This document shows positions 9,281 through 18,954 of a DNA stretch of 64,000 nt, in pieces. The stretch spans positions 6,279 to 70,278 of the forward strand of contig CAIYUY010000026.1 of NCBI GenBank assembly GCA_903929485.1, read 5' to 3'. The position numbers and the translations under genes are program-made. The notes beneath the pieces were generated by a model that was given only the letters and a program-made list of their open reading frames with translations, was not told the DNA's origin and did no database searches. Source of the stretch: an uncultured Desulfuromonadales bacterium (lineage in GTDB: Bacteria; Desulfobacterota; Desulfuromonadia; Geobacterales; CAIOGM01). Within the stretch, counting starts at the first letter, position 1; each line of letters opens with the position of its first letter.

Positions 9281-10345
9281 TCAAACGTTGCCCAGCAACG
9301 AACGGTAAAACGCATTAAGCGCCTCGGCCTCTCCCTTTATGGAAAAGTGCGCCTCGGCGCGAGCCCGCGCGGCTTTACCCATCTTATCCAAACATTGCCG
9401 ATCCGCCAGAAGCTCGGCCAACGCCGTCGTGAGCGCCCCGGTATCGCCACACGGAACCAATCTGCCGTCGATACCATCGCGCAGCAGCAGCTCGAAAGCT
9501 CCGGTGCGGGTGGCCACCACGGCGGCGCCGCTGGCCATGGCCTCCAGACAGGTCAAACCGAATCCCTCATTATGAGGCACGGCCGCCACCAGCGACAGCC
9601 GGCGAAACCATCCGGGGAGTTCGGTAAAGGGAAGCTTCCCCAGCCAGCAGAACCTCCCCTCCAGACCACGATCCCGGATATATCTTTTCAGCTTTTTCTC
9701 GAAAGGTGCAAAGGGTGCGGTAGTCTCGCCGATGATCACCGCGGTGGCTTCCGGCGCCTCCGGCAAAATTTCGCAGAGAGCCTCGACGAATTCGCGCAAC
9801 CCTTTCTGAGGCCGCACGCGTCCCAGAATACCGATGCCGAAGGTTCCCGGCAGACCGGAACTCTGCCAGGCAGCGGCGCGGTCCGTCTCCGGGCGATAGA
9901 TCTCCAAATTCACGCCATGAGGAATGATCACCGCCGGAGGCCGCTCCAGATAAGAAGCGGCGCGAGGTGAAGTGGAAAGCAAAAAATCCATCCGGCGGTA
10001 AAGGTAACGGGTCCAACGGCTATGGTGACGCTGGGCAGTGGAGGTAAAGAGGAGCCGCAAACGGCGCCGTAACAGTCGCTTGAGGACGAGCCCCGCCAGC
10101 ATCTCCATGTTGCGACGCGCATGAAAGATCCGCGGTTCCCCGTTGGGAAGCGGGTGAGCCGTAAGGCGAAACAGTTCGCGCCAACCAAGACGCGTCAGGT
10201 TCACCGGCAACGGGTAGCCGACAGTGGCGATACCCAGCGTACGGCCCTGTAACGGCGCCACCGCGGCCACCGTGGCCGTGATCCCCGAGAAACGGCGGTT
10301 TAAATTGGGGAGGATGACCTGAATATCGCCGGTCCCCTCACTCAC
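9281..10345 (-). CDS. GT4 LPS core glycosyltransferase (LpcC/LpsB-like)
   Basis: NLNRRFSGITAT, HARRNMEM, FTSTAQRHHS, GRVRPQKG and EGFGLTCLEAMASG. Confidence 0.8.
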   Translation of the reverse strand: MSEGTGDIQVILPNLNRRFSGITATVAAVAPLQGRTLGIATVGYPLPVNLTRLGWRELFRLTAHPLPNGEPRIFHARRNMEMLAGLVLKRLLRRRLRLLFTSTAQRHHSRWTRYLYRRMDFLLSTSPRAASYLERPPAVIIPHGVNLEIYRPETDRAAAWQSSGLPGTFGIGILGRVRPQKGLREFVEALCEILPEAPEATAVIIGETTAPFAPFEKKLKRYIRDRGLEGRFCWLGKLPFTELPGWFRRLSLVAAVPHNEGFGLTCLEAMASGAAVVATRTGAFELLLRDGIDGRLVPCGDTGALTTALAELLADRQCLDKMGKAARARAEAHFSIKGEAEALNAFYRSLLGNV

Positions 10346-11435
10346 CTGTTTGCACCTTACGCGCCGTCACTTCGTCCACCATTGACATCAGCAGCGTCGA
10401 ATTTTCCAATACAATCTCCAACTTCGCCACCCATACCCTCCCCAGTTGCCTCCGGCGCGGCTCCAGCTTCACCGCATCCTTCCCCGTGGTAACGAGACAG
10501 GTCGCCCCGGTGCTCCTGAAGATCCGCACTATTCCGGCGATTGTCCGGTCATCATAGAGGGCATGATCCGGCAGGGAGAGAATGCCTGCCAGATTCAGCC
10601 CGGCTTCGGTAAGCGCGGAAAAAAACCGTTCCGGTTGAGCGATGCCGGCAAAGGCCATTACCCGCTCCCCATACAGGGTTGAAAACGAGAGACATGGGCC
10701 GCCGTCAAGAGGAACAACCCCGCTGAGCTTATGCATGGCGGAGAGCACCGGAATCCCCGCGGGGCCGACATCGGAAACTGCTCCCCCAGCTTCACACCGG
10801 GTCAAGACGATGAGATCAGCCCGTCCCATTGCCGATAGTGGCTCACGCAGCGGGCCGGCAGGCAGGGTCCAGCCATTTCCCAAGGGGCTCCTGCAATCCA
10901 GGAGCAGAATATTAAGCTCCCTTTGCACTCTCAGGTGCTGGAACCCGTCATCCAGGAGAAAACAGTCCGGATGAAGTTCCCGCTGGGCAAGAAGCCCCGC
11001 CATATGACGGTCTCTCCCCACCACCACCATGAGCCCAGGCAACTCCCGGGCCAGAAGGTACGGCTCATCCCCCGCCTCCGCCGCCGTCATGAAGATACTC
11101 TTCCCGTCGGAAACGATGGAAGACGACCCTGAATAACTGCCGCCGTAGCCGCGGGAGAGGAGCACTACCCGTACCCCCCGTGAGAGAAGATAACGGGCGA
11201 TGAGTTCGGCCATGGGTGTCTTCCCTGTCCCCCCCACGGCAAGATTTCCCACCGAAATCACCGGATAGTTCAAGCGCCGGGAGCGGAGAAGACCGGATGC
11301 GTAACCCCAGCTCCGGAGCCGGAGAAGGAGCGCATAGGGGAGAGAGAGTCCTTTCAGAAACAGCAGCAACAGAGATCCCACAACTCCTCGCCGCTCACCG
11401 GAAACCACCCCGCGCCAGAATTCTTCACCTTTCAC
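10338..11435 (-). CDS. lpxK: Tetraacyldisaccharide 4'-kinase
   Basis: VGNLAVGGTGKTP, SRGYG, GDEP, LDDGFQH and LPAGPLREP. Confidence 0.95.
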   Translation of the reverse strand: MKGEEFWRGVVSGERRGVVGSLLLLFLKGLSLPYALLLRLRSWGYASGLLRSRRLNYPVISVGNLAVGGTGKTPMAELIARYLLSRGVRVVLLSRGYGGSYSGSSSIVSDGKSIFMTAAEAGDEPYLLARELPGLMVVVGRDRHMAGLLAQRELHPDCFLLDDGFQHLRVQRELNILLLDCRSPLGNGWTLPAGPLREPLSAMGRADLIVLTRCEAGGAVSDVGPAGIPVLSAMHKLSGVVPLDGGPCLSFSTLYGERVMAFAGIAQPERFFSALTEAGLNLAGILSLPDHALYDDRTIAGIVRIFRSTGATCLVTTGKDAVKLEPRRRQLGRVWVAKLEIVLENSTLLMSMVDEVTARKVQTGE

Positions 11436-12754
11436 GTGACTTCACCCGGGGCGCGGCATGCCGCGCCCCTACGGAAAACCCGTTCAATCACTTGCATGTG
11501 CCGGTCCGTTGAGCCCCCCAGACGCGCCATGAGTTCAAGTCCGTTATGCCCCAGACGGCTGCGCCGATCATCGTCCGCAAGGAGTGTCGTGAAGAGAGTG
11601 AGCAGCTCGCCGCCGTCGGCAACCTGAATCCCGGCCTCCGCTTCCAAAACCAGGGCCGTGATCTCCCGAAAATTCGACATGTGCGGTCCGAACAGCACCG
11701 GGACACCCAGAGAAGCCGGCTCCAGGAGATTGTGACCGCCGGTAGGAACCAAACTCCCCCCCACAAAGACAAGATCCGCCAGGGAATAGAAGTTCATCAA
11801 TTCTCCCACCCGATCCACCAGAAGGGCCTCTCCCGGTGCAAGGAGTGTCTGCCGCTCTTCCAGAGTGGAACGGAGAGTCCCCCGAAAACCGCTCTTCCGG
11901 AGGAGCTCCGCCACCTCAGCCGAGCGTTCGGGGTGGCGGGGAACCAGCACCGGGATGACCTTGTTACCGCTGTCAAGGAGCACCCGGCAGGCGGCGATGA
12001 CCGACTCGTCCTCCCCCTGATGGGTACTTCCGGCCACGACGACAAAGACGTCGGAAGGAATGAGGTAACGCTCCCGGAGAGCGTCCCTCTCCACCGGCGT
12101 GAGTGGCGCCACCATCAGATCATACTTGAGATTATTGGCGACAACTACACGCTCCGCGGGTGCGCCGATGGAGATAATCCGGCGGCTGTCCTCGGCGCTC
12201 TGCATGCAGAGTACGGTAAACTTTTCCAGCACCGGCCGGAAAAACCAAGACAATTTCAGATACCGGCCAAGGGATCGATCGGAGATTCTCCCATTCACCA
12301 GCACTGACGGTATCCCCTGCCGCCGGAGCTCATCCATGAAGTTGGGCCAAATTTCCGTCTCCACCACCACCACAAGTTCCGGCTTGATTTTACGGAGTGA
12401 CCGGGCAACGGCAAAACGGTAATCAAAGGGAAAGTAGATGCAAAGATCCGGCTCGGAGAGCTTCCGGGCCACCTCCCTGCCGGTTTCAGTGACGTTGGAG
12501 ATCACCAGCTTTTTTTCCGGATAGCGTTTTTTCAACGCGATCAAGAGCGGCCGCGCCGCCATGGTCTCTCCCACCGACACCCCATGAACCCAGATTGTTC
12601 CCTGCCTCTCCACCTTGGCCGTTTCCGCAGCGGGAATAAACCCGAACCGCTCGGCAAAAGCGGGCCGTCTCCCCCGGCTCAGCGAGCGGTAAAGGTGATA
12701 GCAGACAACCCCGGGAAACGCCAGGAGAAGAACGAATGAATAGATCAAGGACAA
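11432..12754 (-). CDS. waaA: Kdo transferase
   Basis: WVHGVSVGE, ETEIWPN, NGRISDRS, PRHPER and GGHNLLEPA. Confidence 0.95.
   Translation of the reverse strand: MSLIYSFVLLLAFPGVVCYHLYRSLSRGRRPAFAERFGFIPAAETAKVERQGTIWVHGVSVGETMAARPLLIALKKRYPEKKLVISNVTETGREVARKLSEPDLCIYFPFDYRFAVARSLRKIKPELVVVVETEIWPNFMDELRRQGIPSVLVNGRISDRSLGRYLKLSWFFRPVLEKFTVLCMQSAEDSRRIISIGAPAERVVVANNLKYDLMVAPLTPVERDALRERYLIPSDVFVVVAGSTHQGEDESVIAACRVLLDSGNKVIPVLVPRHPERSAEVAELLRKSGFRGTLRSTLEERQTLLAPGEALLVDRVGELMNFYSLADLVFVGGSLVPTGGHNLLEPASLGVPVLFGPHMSNFREITALVLEAEAGIQVADGGELLTLFTTLLADDDRRSRLGHNGLELMARLGGSTDRHMQVIERVFRRGAACRAPGEVT
11448..11472 (-). repeat. GTAG-type REP palindrome inside the waaA 3' end
   Basis: GTAGGGGCGCGGCATGCCGCGCCCC on the minus strand; encodes RGAACRAP near the WaaA C-terminus. 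Confidence 0.75.
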
Positions 12755-12764
12755 ACCTTTTTAC

Positions 12765-12788
12765 CGCAAAGACGCAAAGGACGCAAAG
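12765..12788. repeat. Three near-tandem CGCAAAG units
   Basis: CGCAAAGA-CGCAAAGGA-CGCAAAG in the msbA-waaA gap. Confidence 0.6.
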
Positions 12789-12846
12789 AAACCCGGAGTA
12801 GAACTTAGGTAATTCACGACAAAGACGATCTGATGTTTCCGAAAGA

Positions 12847-12917
12847 TGTCATTCTGAGCGATAGCGAAGAATCTGCTTCTGTTTAAAAGCAGATCCTTCG
12901 CATTGCTCAGGATGACA
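12847..12917. repeat. 71-bp imperfect inverted repeat (TGTCAT-ended REP-like hairpin)
   Basis: TGTCATTCTGAGCGATAGCGAAGAATCTGCTT pairs with AAGCAGATCCTTCGCATTGCTCAGGATGACA. Confidence 0.8.
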
Positions 12918-12950
12918 GACGGTTCGTATATTTTTTATTGTGAATCAACT

Positions 12951-12971
12951 TAGAGCATAGAACGTAGAACG
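12951..12971. repeat. TAGAACN heptamer repeat remnant
   Basis: TAGAGCA-TAGAACG-TAGAACG just after the msbA stop; same unit as at 23252 and 37011. Confidence 0.55.
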
Positions 12972-12975
12972 GCTC

Positions 12976-14703
12976 TTACGCATCCTTGAACTGCATCTCG
13001 CAGAGCCTCCGGTACAGCCCCCCCTGAGCCAGCAGTCCGGTGTGAGTTCCCTGTTCCACAATTCTGCCGCCATCCAGCACCAGAATTTTATGAGCATGGA
13101 GAATAGTGGAAAGACGGTGGGCAATGACGAAGGTGGTCCGGTTGGTCATCAGGTTGTTCAGCGCCTTTTGCACCGTCTGCTCGCTCTCGGTGTCCAGGGC
13201 GCTGGTGGCCTCGTCCAGGATCAGAATCGGCGCATCCTTTAAAATGGCCCGGGCGATACAAACCCTCTGTCTCTGCCCGCCTGATAGCCTCACCCCACGG
13301 TCACCGATATTCGTGGCGTAGCCTTCCGGCAGGGTTGCGATAAACTCGTGGGCATAAGCGGCTCGAGCCGCGTCCTCCACCTCGCCGTCCGTTGCGCGGA
13401 AATTTCCATAGCGGATATTGTTGGCGATGGTGTCGTTGAAAAGCGTTATTTCCTGATCCACCAAGGCGATCTGCCTGACCAGATCCTCCATCCGGATGTT
13501 GCGAACATCCACCCCGTCGACGCGGATAACGCCGTCGGCCACATCATAGAACCGGCTGAGAAGCGAGACAAGGGTGCTCTTGCCGCTTCCCGATGGCCCC
13601 ACCAACGCCACGATCTCTCCGGACTTCGCCGCCAGGGAGATGGAGTTAAGAACCGGCTCATCATCATAGGCGAAGGAAACTCCGCAAAACTCCACGTCCC
13701 CCCGGGACCGCGGCAGGGGAATCGCATCCGGGGCGTCCATAAGCTCGGGCTTTTCATCAATGATCTCAAAAATCCTGGCAGCGGCGCCGGAAGAGGTCTG
13801 GAGCGTATTGTAATAGTTATTGAGGCTCTTCACCGGTTTGTAAACAAGCGCCATGGCGGTGAGGAAGGAGAAGAACTCGGCGGCGGTGGTCGTCCCGTCC
13901 AGCACCATCTTCCCCCCCACCCAGATCACGGCTGAAATTCCCAGGGAGGTTATGAGTTCCGTAATCGGCGCCGATAGGGCGGCATACTTGATCCCCCTCC
14001 GGACAAAATGGTAGTAACCGCCCGTTGCAGCAGTGAATCTCCCGGTCTCCCAGCTCTCCAGGCCAAAAGATTTGACGACCTTTATTCCCGAAAAAGTTTC
14101 CTGAAGAATCGCAGCCACATCCCCCATCTTCTCCTGGCTTTCGGTGGAGAGGCGCTTGATCCGCTTGCCGAGCTTCTGCGCGAAAAATACGGAAACCGGT
14201 ATGACGACGAAGGTAATCAGAGCCAGACGCCAGTTGCGATAAAAGATCACCGCAAGGAGGGAAACGGCGGAAAAACCGTCCCGACAAACCCCGGTAACCA
14301 CGTTGGCGATCCCTCCCTGCATCACCGCCACATCGCTAAGAATACGGGACATGAGCCCGCCGGTCGTCTGAGAGTGATAGAAGCGGAGCCCCAGCCGCAT
14401 GCAGTTCCGGTACACATCGTTACGGATATCCTGGACTGCCAGCTCCCCGGCGGTACGGATAAAATAATCATTGAGAAACCGGCAGATCGCCCGGACGCAA
14501 AAGATGAGAAAAACCGTCAGGGGAAGCAGGGTAAAGATGGTGAGGTCCTTGGTGGAAAAGATCTTCTTGAGAAGAGGTTCCACCAGATAGGCAAAGGCTC
14601 CATCCATGCTTCCCACGATAATAGACGCCACCGTGGAGATAGCGATCCGCCACCAGTAGGGGCTGCTGTACTGGATAATCCTGCCAAACGTGGATTTAGT
14701 CAT
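12976..14703 (-). CDS. msbA: Lipid A export ABC transporter
   Basis: Multi-TM domain plus GPSGSGKS, LSGGQRQR and LDEATSALD. Start MTKSTFG at 14703 overlaps the lpxB stop (ATGACTAA). Confidence 0.93.
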   Translation of the reverse strand: MTKSTFGRIIQYSSPYWWRIAISTVASIIVGSMDGAFAYLVEPLLKKIFSTKDLTIFTLLPLTVFLIFCVRAICRFLNDYFIRTAGELAVQDIRNDVYRNCMRLGLRFYHSQTTGGLMSRILSDVAVMQGGIANVVTGVCRDGFSAVSLLAVIFYRNWRLALITFVVIPVSVFFAQKLGKRIKRLSTESQEKMGDVAAILQETFSGIKVVKSFGLESWETGRFTAATGGYYHFVRRGIKYAALSAPITELITSLGISAVIWVGGKMVLDGTTTAAEFFSFLTAMALVYKPVKSLNNYYNTLQTSSGAAARIFEIIDEKPELMDAPDAIPLPRSRGDVEFCGVSFAYDDEPVLNSISLAAKSGEIVALVGPSGSGKSTLVSLLSRFYDVADGVIRVDGVDVRNIRMEDLVRQIALVDQEITLFNDTIANNIRYGNFRATDGEVEDAARAAYAHEFIATLPEGYATNIGDRGVRLSGGQRQRVCIARAILKDAPILILDEATSALDTESEQTVQKALNNLMTNRTTFVIAHRLSTILHAHKILVLDGGRIVEQGTHTGLLAQGGLYRRLCEMQFKDA

Positions 14704-15853
14704 GCCGCGCCCGCCTTTCCAGCATGTTGACAGCCACCTCGGCCAACCGGGCCGAACAGCCGCCGTTCCCCAGTTTCGCTCTGACACCGGCAAGCTTTTC
14801 GCGAATTGCCACGCGATACGCCCCGTCATGGAGAATACGGCCGATTTCGGCGGCAATAGCCGCGGGTGTCGCCTCGTCCTGAATCAATTCCTTCACCACT
14901 CGCTCACCCGCCACGATATTACAGATGCCGGCATGTTCAATCTTCACCAGTCGTCTGCCGATGGCATAGGTCACCGGGGAGACCCGGTAGATGATCACCA
15001 TGGGGACAGTCATGAGCGCCAGCTCCAGCGTCACCGTGCCGGAGACGCTGATGACTGCGTCGCAGAGCTGCATGACATCGTAGGTTAGTCCCTGGATAAT
15101 GGTGACATCCAGACCGGAGGAGCGGATAAGCGGAGCCAGCTCTTCCCGTTTGAAGCTGGGCGCCAGGGGGAGGACGAACTGAAGATCGGGATACTGCTCC
15201 CTGAGGAGCAAAGCGGAGTCGATGATGACGGAGAAAAGGTTCTTCAGCTCACTCCTGCGGCTCCCCGGAAAAAGCCCAACGACACGACGGGAAGTATCCA
15301 GCCCGAAACGGCTAAAAGCTTCGTCCCTTGCCAGGGTCGGCCGCACGATATCCAGGAGCGGGTGCCCCACAAAGGTCACCGGCACCCCTACCCGCTGGTA
15401 GAGGGGGACCTCGAAGGGGAAGAGAACCGCCATATGATCCACGATCCGCGCCATCTTCTTAACCCGGCCGGGACGCCAAGCCCAGACCTGGGGACTGATA
15501 TAAAAGAGGACCCTGATACCGACTTTTCTGGCCGCCGCCGCCAGGAGCTGATTAAACTCCTGATAGTCGATGAGAATCAGGAGCTCGGGACGGCGGATCT
15601 TGAACTGTTTTTTAAGCAGTAGATAAGCACGCCGGATGGTTCCGGCATGGGCAAGGATCTCCACCAAACCGAACACCGCCATATCGTCGGCGTCGACCAG
15701 GGTTTCAACCCCCTCCCCCCGCATAAGATCGCCTCCCATGCCGAAAAATTCGGCGGAAGGAAGTCGACGACGAATCTCCGCGGTGAGCCAGGCGCCGTAC
15801 TTATCTCCGGACGCCTCGCCGGCAATGATCATGATCCGCGAATTCTGCGTCAT
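14696..15853 (-). CDS. lpxB: Lipid-A-disaccharide synthase
   Basis: IAGEASGD, YISPQVWAWR, FVGHPL, PGSRRSE and SGTVTLE. Start placed at ATG 15853. Confidence 0.95.
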   Translation of the reverse strand: MTQNSRIMIIAGEASGDKYGAWLTAEIRRRLPSAEFFGMGGDLMRGEGVETLVDADDMAVFGLVEILAHAGTIRRAYLLLKKQFKIRRPELLILIDYQEFNQLLAAAARKVGIRVLFYISPQVWAWRPGRVKKMARIVDHMAVLFPFEVPLYQRVGVPVTFVGHPLLDIVRPTLARDEAFSRFGLDTSRRVVGLFPGSRRSELKNLFSVIIDSALLLREQYPDLQFVLPLAPSFKREELAPLIRSSGLDVTIIQGLTYDVMQLCDAVISVSGTVTLELALMTVPMVIIYRVSPVTYAIGRRLVKIEHAGICNIVAGERVVKELIQDEATPAAIAAEIGRILHDGAYRVAIREKLAGVRAKLGNGGCSARLAEVAVNMLERRARHD

Positions 15854-15867
15854 GGGAGAAACTCCAG

Positions 15868-16033
15868 GCGGCATGCCGCGCCCGATACACGTAGGGGCGA
15901 CGCATGCGTCGCCCGATATGTCGCCCGATATGTCGCCCGATATGTCGTCCGATATGTCGTCCGATATGTCGTCCGATATGTCGTCCGATATGTCGTCCGA
16001 TACACGTAGGGGCGACGCATGCGTCGCCCCTAC
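15868..16033. repeat. Composite repeat: two GTAG REPs flanking 7 x 12-bp tandem units
   Basis: CCGATACACGTAGGGGCGACGCATGCGTCGCCC at 15882-15914 and 15997-16029. CCGATATGTCG(C/T) x7 at 15913-15996. Partial REP GCGGCATGCCGCGCCC at 15868-15883. Confidence 0.9.
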
Positions 16034-16068
16034 CCCCGCATTGGGTGAAGAGTAACTGACTCGGGGAG

Positions 16069-16845
16069 TCAGCGGCAGATTCCCCGCTGGGCGCTCTCGA
16101 TGAACCGGATGAACCTGACCACTTCGGGAAGTTGCAGAACCTCGGACTTCATCCGCTCCACCGCTTCCTTCAGCTTCAGCTCCGAGGTGAGCAACCGGTA
16201 GGCTTTTTTGAGTTCGCTGATCGTTTCGTCAGCGGCGCCACGCCGTTTAAGGCCGATGAGATTGAGCCCCCGAAGGGCGGCATCCCGCTTCTCTTCGGTG
16301 GCGGCGATGGTATAGGGAGGGACATCACGCCCCACCATGGTCCCGCCGCCGATCATGGCATGACAACCGATACGGGAAAACTGATGGATAGCACAGAGCC
16401 CACCGATGATGGCGTACTCCTCTACCGATACATGGCCGGCCAGGGTGGCGCAGTTGGCCATGACTACCCCATTGCTCACGTGGCAGTCATGGGCCACATG
16501 GGAATATGCCATGAAAAGGTTATCATCACCCACCGTGGTCTCTCCACCGCCGGTTACGGTTCCCAGATGCAGGGTGGCGAATTCACGGATAGTGTTCCTA
16601 TTTCCGATCCTGAGCCGGGTCTCTTCACCTCTGTACTTCAGATCCTGGGGAATGGCTCCCACTGAGGCCATCTGAAAAATCCGGTTATCTTCACCAATCT
16701 CCGTCCACCCCTCCACCACCGCGTGGGGGCCGACAGTGGTCCCGCGGCCGATCCTCACATGGGGGCCGATAACGGCATAGGGACCGATCTCCAGTTCTTC
16801 GGCCAGTTCCGCGCCGGGATAGATGACTGCTGTCGGATGTATCAT
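16069..16845 (-). CDS. lpxA: UDP-N-acetylglucosamine acyltransferase
   Basis: Hexapeptide repeats, PQDLKY, HVAHDC, LAGHV, HQF and GLNLIGLKRRG. Confidence 0.96.
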   Translation of the reverse strand: MIHPTAVIYPGAELAEELEIGPYAVIGPHVRIGRGTTVGPHAVVEGWTEIGEDNRIFQMASVGAIPQDLKYRGEETRLRIGNRNTIREFATLHLGTVTGGGETTVGDDNLFMAYSHVAHDCHVSNGVVMANCATLAGHVSVEEYAIIGGLCAIHQFSRIGCHAMIGGGTMVGRDVPPYTIAATEEKRDAALRGLNLIGLKRRGAADETISELKKAYRLLTSELKLKEAVERMKSEVLQLPEVVRFIRFIESAQRGICR

Positions 16846-16854
16846 GTTTTCTCC

Positions 16855-17319
16855 TTACTGCCTGTCCATGGCCGCGAAGGTCGCCTTCAGATCCGCCTCT
16901 GCCGCCGTCTTGCCATCCACCGTAGCCTTGCCGTGGAAACACCAGATCCCCCGCTTGCAGGCGGTGGCGGTCATCTCTATGAGAAGCTGGTCTCCCGGAC
17001 GAACCGGCTTGCGGAACTTGGCGTTATCGATGGTGGCAAAGTAGCAGACCTTCTTCTTGACCTCGTCGCTGGAGGCCAGATAGGCGAGGATTCCCCCAAC
17101 CTGAGCCATTCCCTCTATAATAAGTACTCCGGGCATGATGGGGTGTCCGGGAAAGTGCCCCTGGAAAAAAGGCTCGTTAATGGTCACGTTCTTGAGCCCC
17201 ACGATCCTGACCCCCGGTTCGTACTCCACCACTCGATCCACGAGCAGAAAAGGGTAACGGTGCGGCAGGATACTCATAACCTGGCCGATATCCATGATGG
17301 TCTCTAGTTTGTTTTCCAT
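16855..17319 (-). CDS. fabZ: 3-hydroxyacyl-ACP dehydratase
   Basis: [12 protein letters not shown] and [23 protein letters not shown]. Confidence 0.97.
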   Translation of the reverse strand: MENKLETIMDIGQVMSILPHRYPFLLVDRVVEYEPGVRIVGLKNVTINEPFFQGHFPGHPIMPGVLIIEGMAQVGGILAYLASSDEVKKKVCYFATIDNAKFRKPVRPGDQLLIEMTATACKRGIWCFHGKATVDGKTAAEADLKATFAAMDRQ

Positions 17320-17320
17320 A

Positions 17321-18364
17321 TCAATCCTCCTTTGACGCCGGAAGCAGTGCTTCCAGCTCCTTGAACCGTTTTTCCAACGCCATGATCTTCCTGCGCATCT
17401 CCGGAATCTTGGGGGCGATCATGGCAGCCTTGAGCCACTGTTTGTGCGGCATGGCGGGATACCCCGAATAGACCTGTCCGGCGGGGATGTCGCCATGGAT
17501 GCCCGACTTGGCCCCCACCATGACTCGATCTCCGATCTCCAGGTGTCCGGCCACCCCCACCTGACCGCCAAGAGTCACATATTCCCCCAGCCTGGTGCTG
17601 CCGGAGACCCCCACCTGGGAGACGATAACAGTATGGGCGCCGATAATGCAGTTGTGTGCAATCTGAACCAGATTATCGATTTTAGCCCCTCGCTTGATCA
17701 GCGTAACTCCCAGAGCCGCCCGATCAATGGTGGTATTAGCCCCGATCTCCACATCATCCTCAATGACAACAATCCCCACTTGGGGGATTTTAAAGTGATC
17801 GGCGCCGTCCAGGGCGTACCCAAAACCGTCGCTCCCCACCACGGTGCCGTTGTGAATGGTGACCCCACTGCCGATACGGCATCTTTCCCGAACGCTCACA
17901 TTGGCATGAAGCACCGTATCGGAACCAACCTCCGCCCCTTCATAGAGAGCCACTCCCGGAAAGAGAACCACCCGGTCTCCCAGCTTCACTCCATCCCCCA
18001 CATAAGCGCCGGGATAAACGGTTACATCCGTCCCCAGTGACACCCTCTCACCCAAAAAAGCCCCCGGCATGATCCCCTTGACCTGGAGAGGATGAACATG
18101 AAACAGGGTGACCAGTTTGGCGAAGCCAAGATACGGATTGGCCAGATAGATGACGTTTCTGCCATGGCTCTCCCCACCCGGAGGGAGAATCACTGCTCCC
18201 GCCTGAGTGGTCGCCACCTTGGCGGCATATTTGTGATTGGCAAGGAAGGAAATATGACATCCCCGCGCATCGTCCAGCCCTGCAACCCCGGTGAGAGTCA
18301 CCGAACCGTCACCACCAAGTTTTCCGCCAAGATACTCCGCAAGCTCACTGAGAGTTTTTTCCAC
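17321..18364 (-). CDS. lpxD: UDP-3-O-acylglucosamine N-acyltransferase
   Basis: [23 protein letters not shown] and [14 protein letters not shown] start at 18364 behind GAGG. Confidence 0.96.
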   Translation of the reverse strand: MEKTLSELAEYLGGKLGGDGSVTLTGVAGLDDARGCHISFLANHKYAAKVATTQAGAVILPPGGESHGRNVIYLANPYLGFAKLVTLFHVHPLQVKGIMPGAFLGERVSLGTDVTVYPGAYVGDGVKLGDRVVLFPGVALYEGAEVGSDTVLHANVSVRERCRIGSGVTIHNGTVVGSDGFGYALDGADHFKIPQVGIVVIEDDVEIGANTTIDRAALGVTLIKRGAKIDNLVQIAHNCIIGAHTVIVSQVGVSGSTRLGEYVTLGGQVGVAGHLEIGDRVMVGAKSGIHGDIPAGQVYSGYPAMPHKQWLKAAMIAPKIPEMRRKIMALEKRFKELEALLPASKED

Positions 18365-18388
18365 GTGACACCTCATTGATCCAACGAG

Positions 18389-18916
18389 CTACTTCTTTCT
18401 CGAGCCATTGAACTGCTTCACCAGGATCTCGGTGAGATCGATCTTCTCATCAAAGAAGATGATGCCGTCACTCCCTGTGCGGGCAAAGATCAGGGTGAAG
18501 CCGTTCTTGCGACCATACTCCTGAACCACTTTTTCAAAAGACTCCAGGATTTTCTTGGTCAGTTCCTCGTCTTTTCCCTGAAGTTCATCCTGGGCGTCTT
18601 TGGTGAACCGCTGAAAGTCCTTGAGCTTGGCGGAATACTCCTTCTCCTTTTCCCCCTTTTTACTCTCCGACAGAATCACCCCCTGACGCTCCAGGTCGTC
18701 CTTAAGCTTTTTCAGCTCTTCCTGCTTGGTATTGATCTCATCCTGATACCTCTTGACCTTCCCGGAAAGCTGCTCCTTGGCCTCTTTGCCGGCTTCGGAA
18801 AGATTCAGGGACTTCTGGACATCCACATAGCCGAACTTCGTCTCGGCAAAGCAGATTCCGGCGGCAGTTGTCAGGGTCAAAAGGACGGTCATGCAACTGG
18901 TGACGATTCGCTTCAT
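18389..18916 (-). CDS. skp: OmpH/Skp periplasmic chaperone
   Basis: Signal peptide, GYVD motif, long coiled coil and C-terminal DLT; located between bamA and lpxD. Confidence 0.92.
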   Translation of the reverse strand: MKRIVTSCMTVLLTLTTAAGICFAETKFGYVDVQKSLNLSEAGKEAKEQLSGKVKRYQDEINTKQEELKKLKDDLERQGVILSESKKGEKEKEYSAKLKDFQRFTKDAQDELQGKDEELTKKILESFEKVVQEYGRKNGFTLIFARTGSDGIIFFDEKIDLTEILVKQFNGSRKK

Positions 18917-18954
18917 GATTCTCTTTCTCCTTAGTGTAATATAAATAGTGACGG

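Noticed and set aside
14704-14856. N-terminal extension of msbA in the ORF track (similarly lolD, ppaC, the radical SAM gene and the mglA-like gene)
   Set aside because: The extensions overlap upstream genes or non-coding stems; downstream starts with an RBS or stop/start coupling fit family lengths better.
15913-15996. Possible CRISPR array, or real proteins with SPDM/RYVV repeats (15636-16055, 15647-16009)
   Set aside because: Units are contiguous 12-mers with no unique spacers and there are no cas genes. The ORFs are just translations of the repeat, antisense to lpxB.
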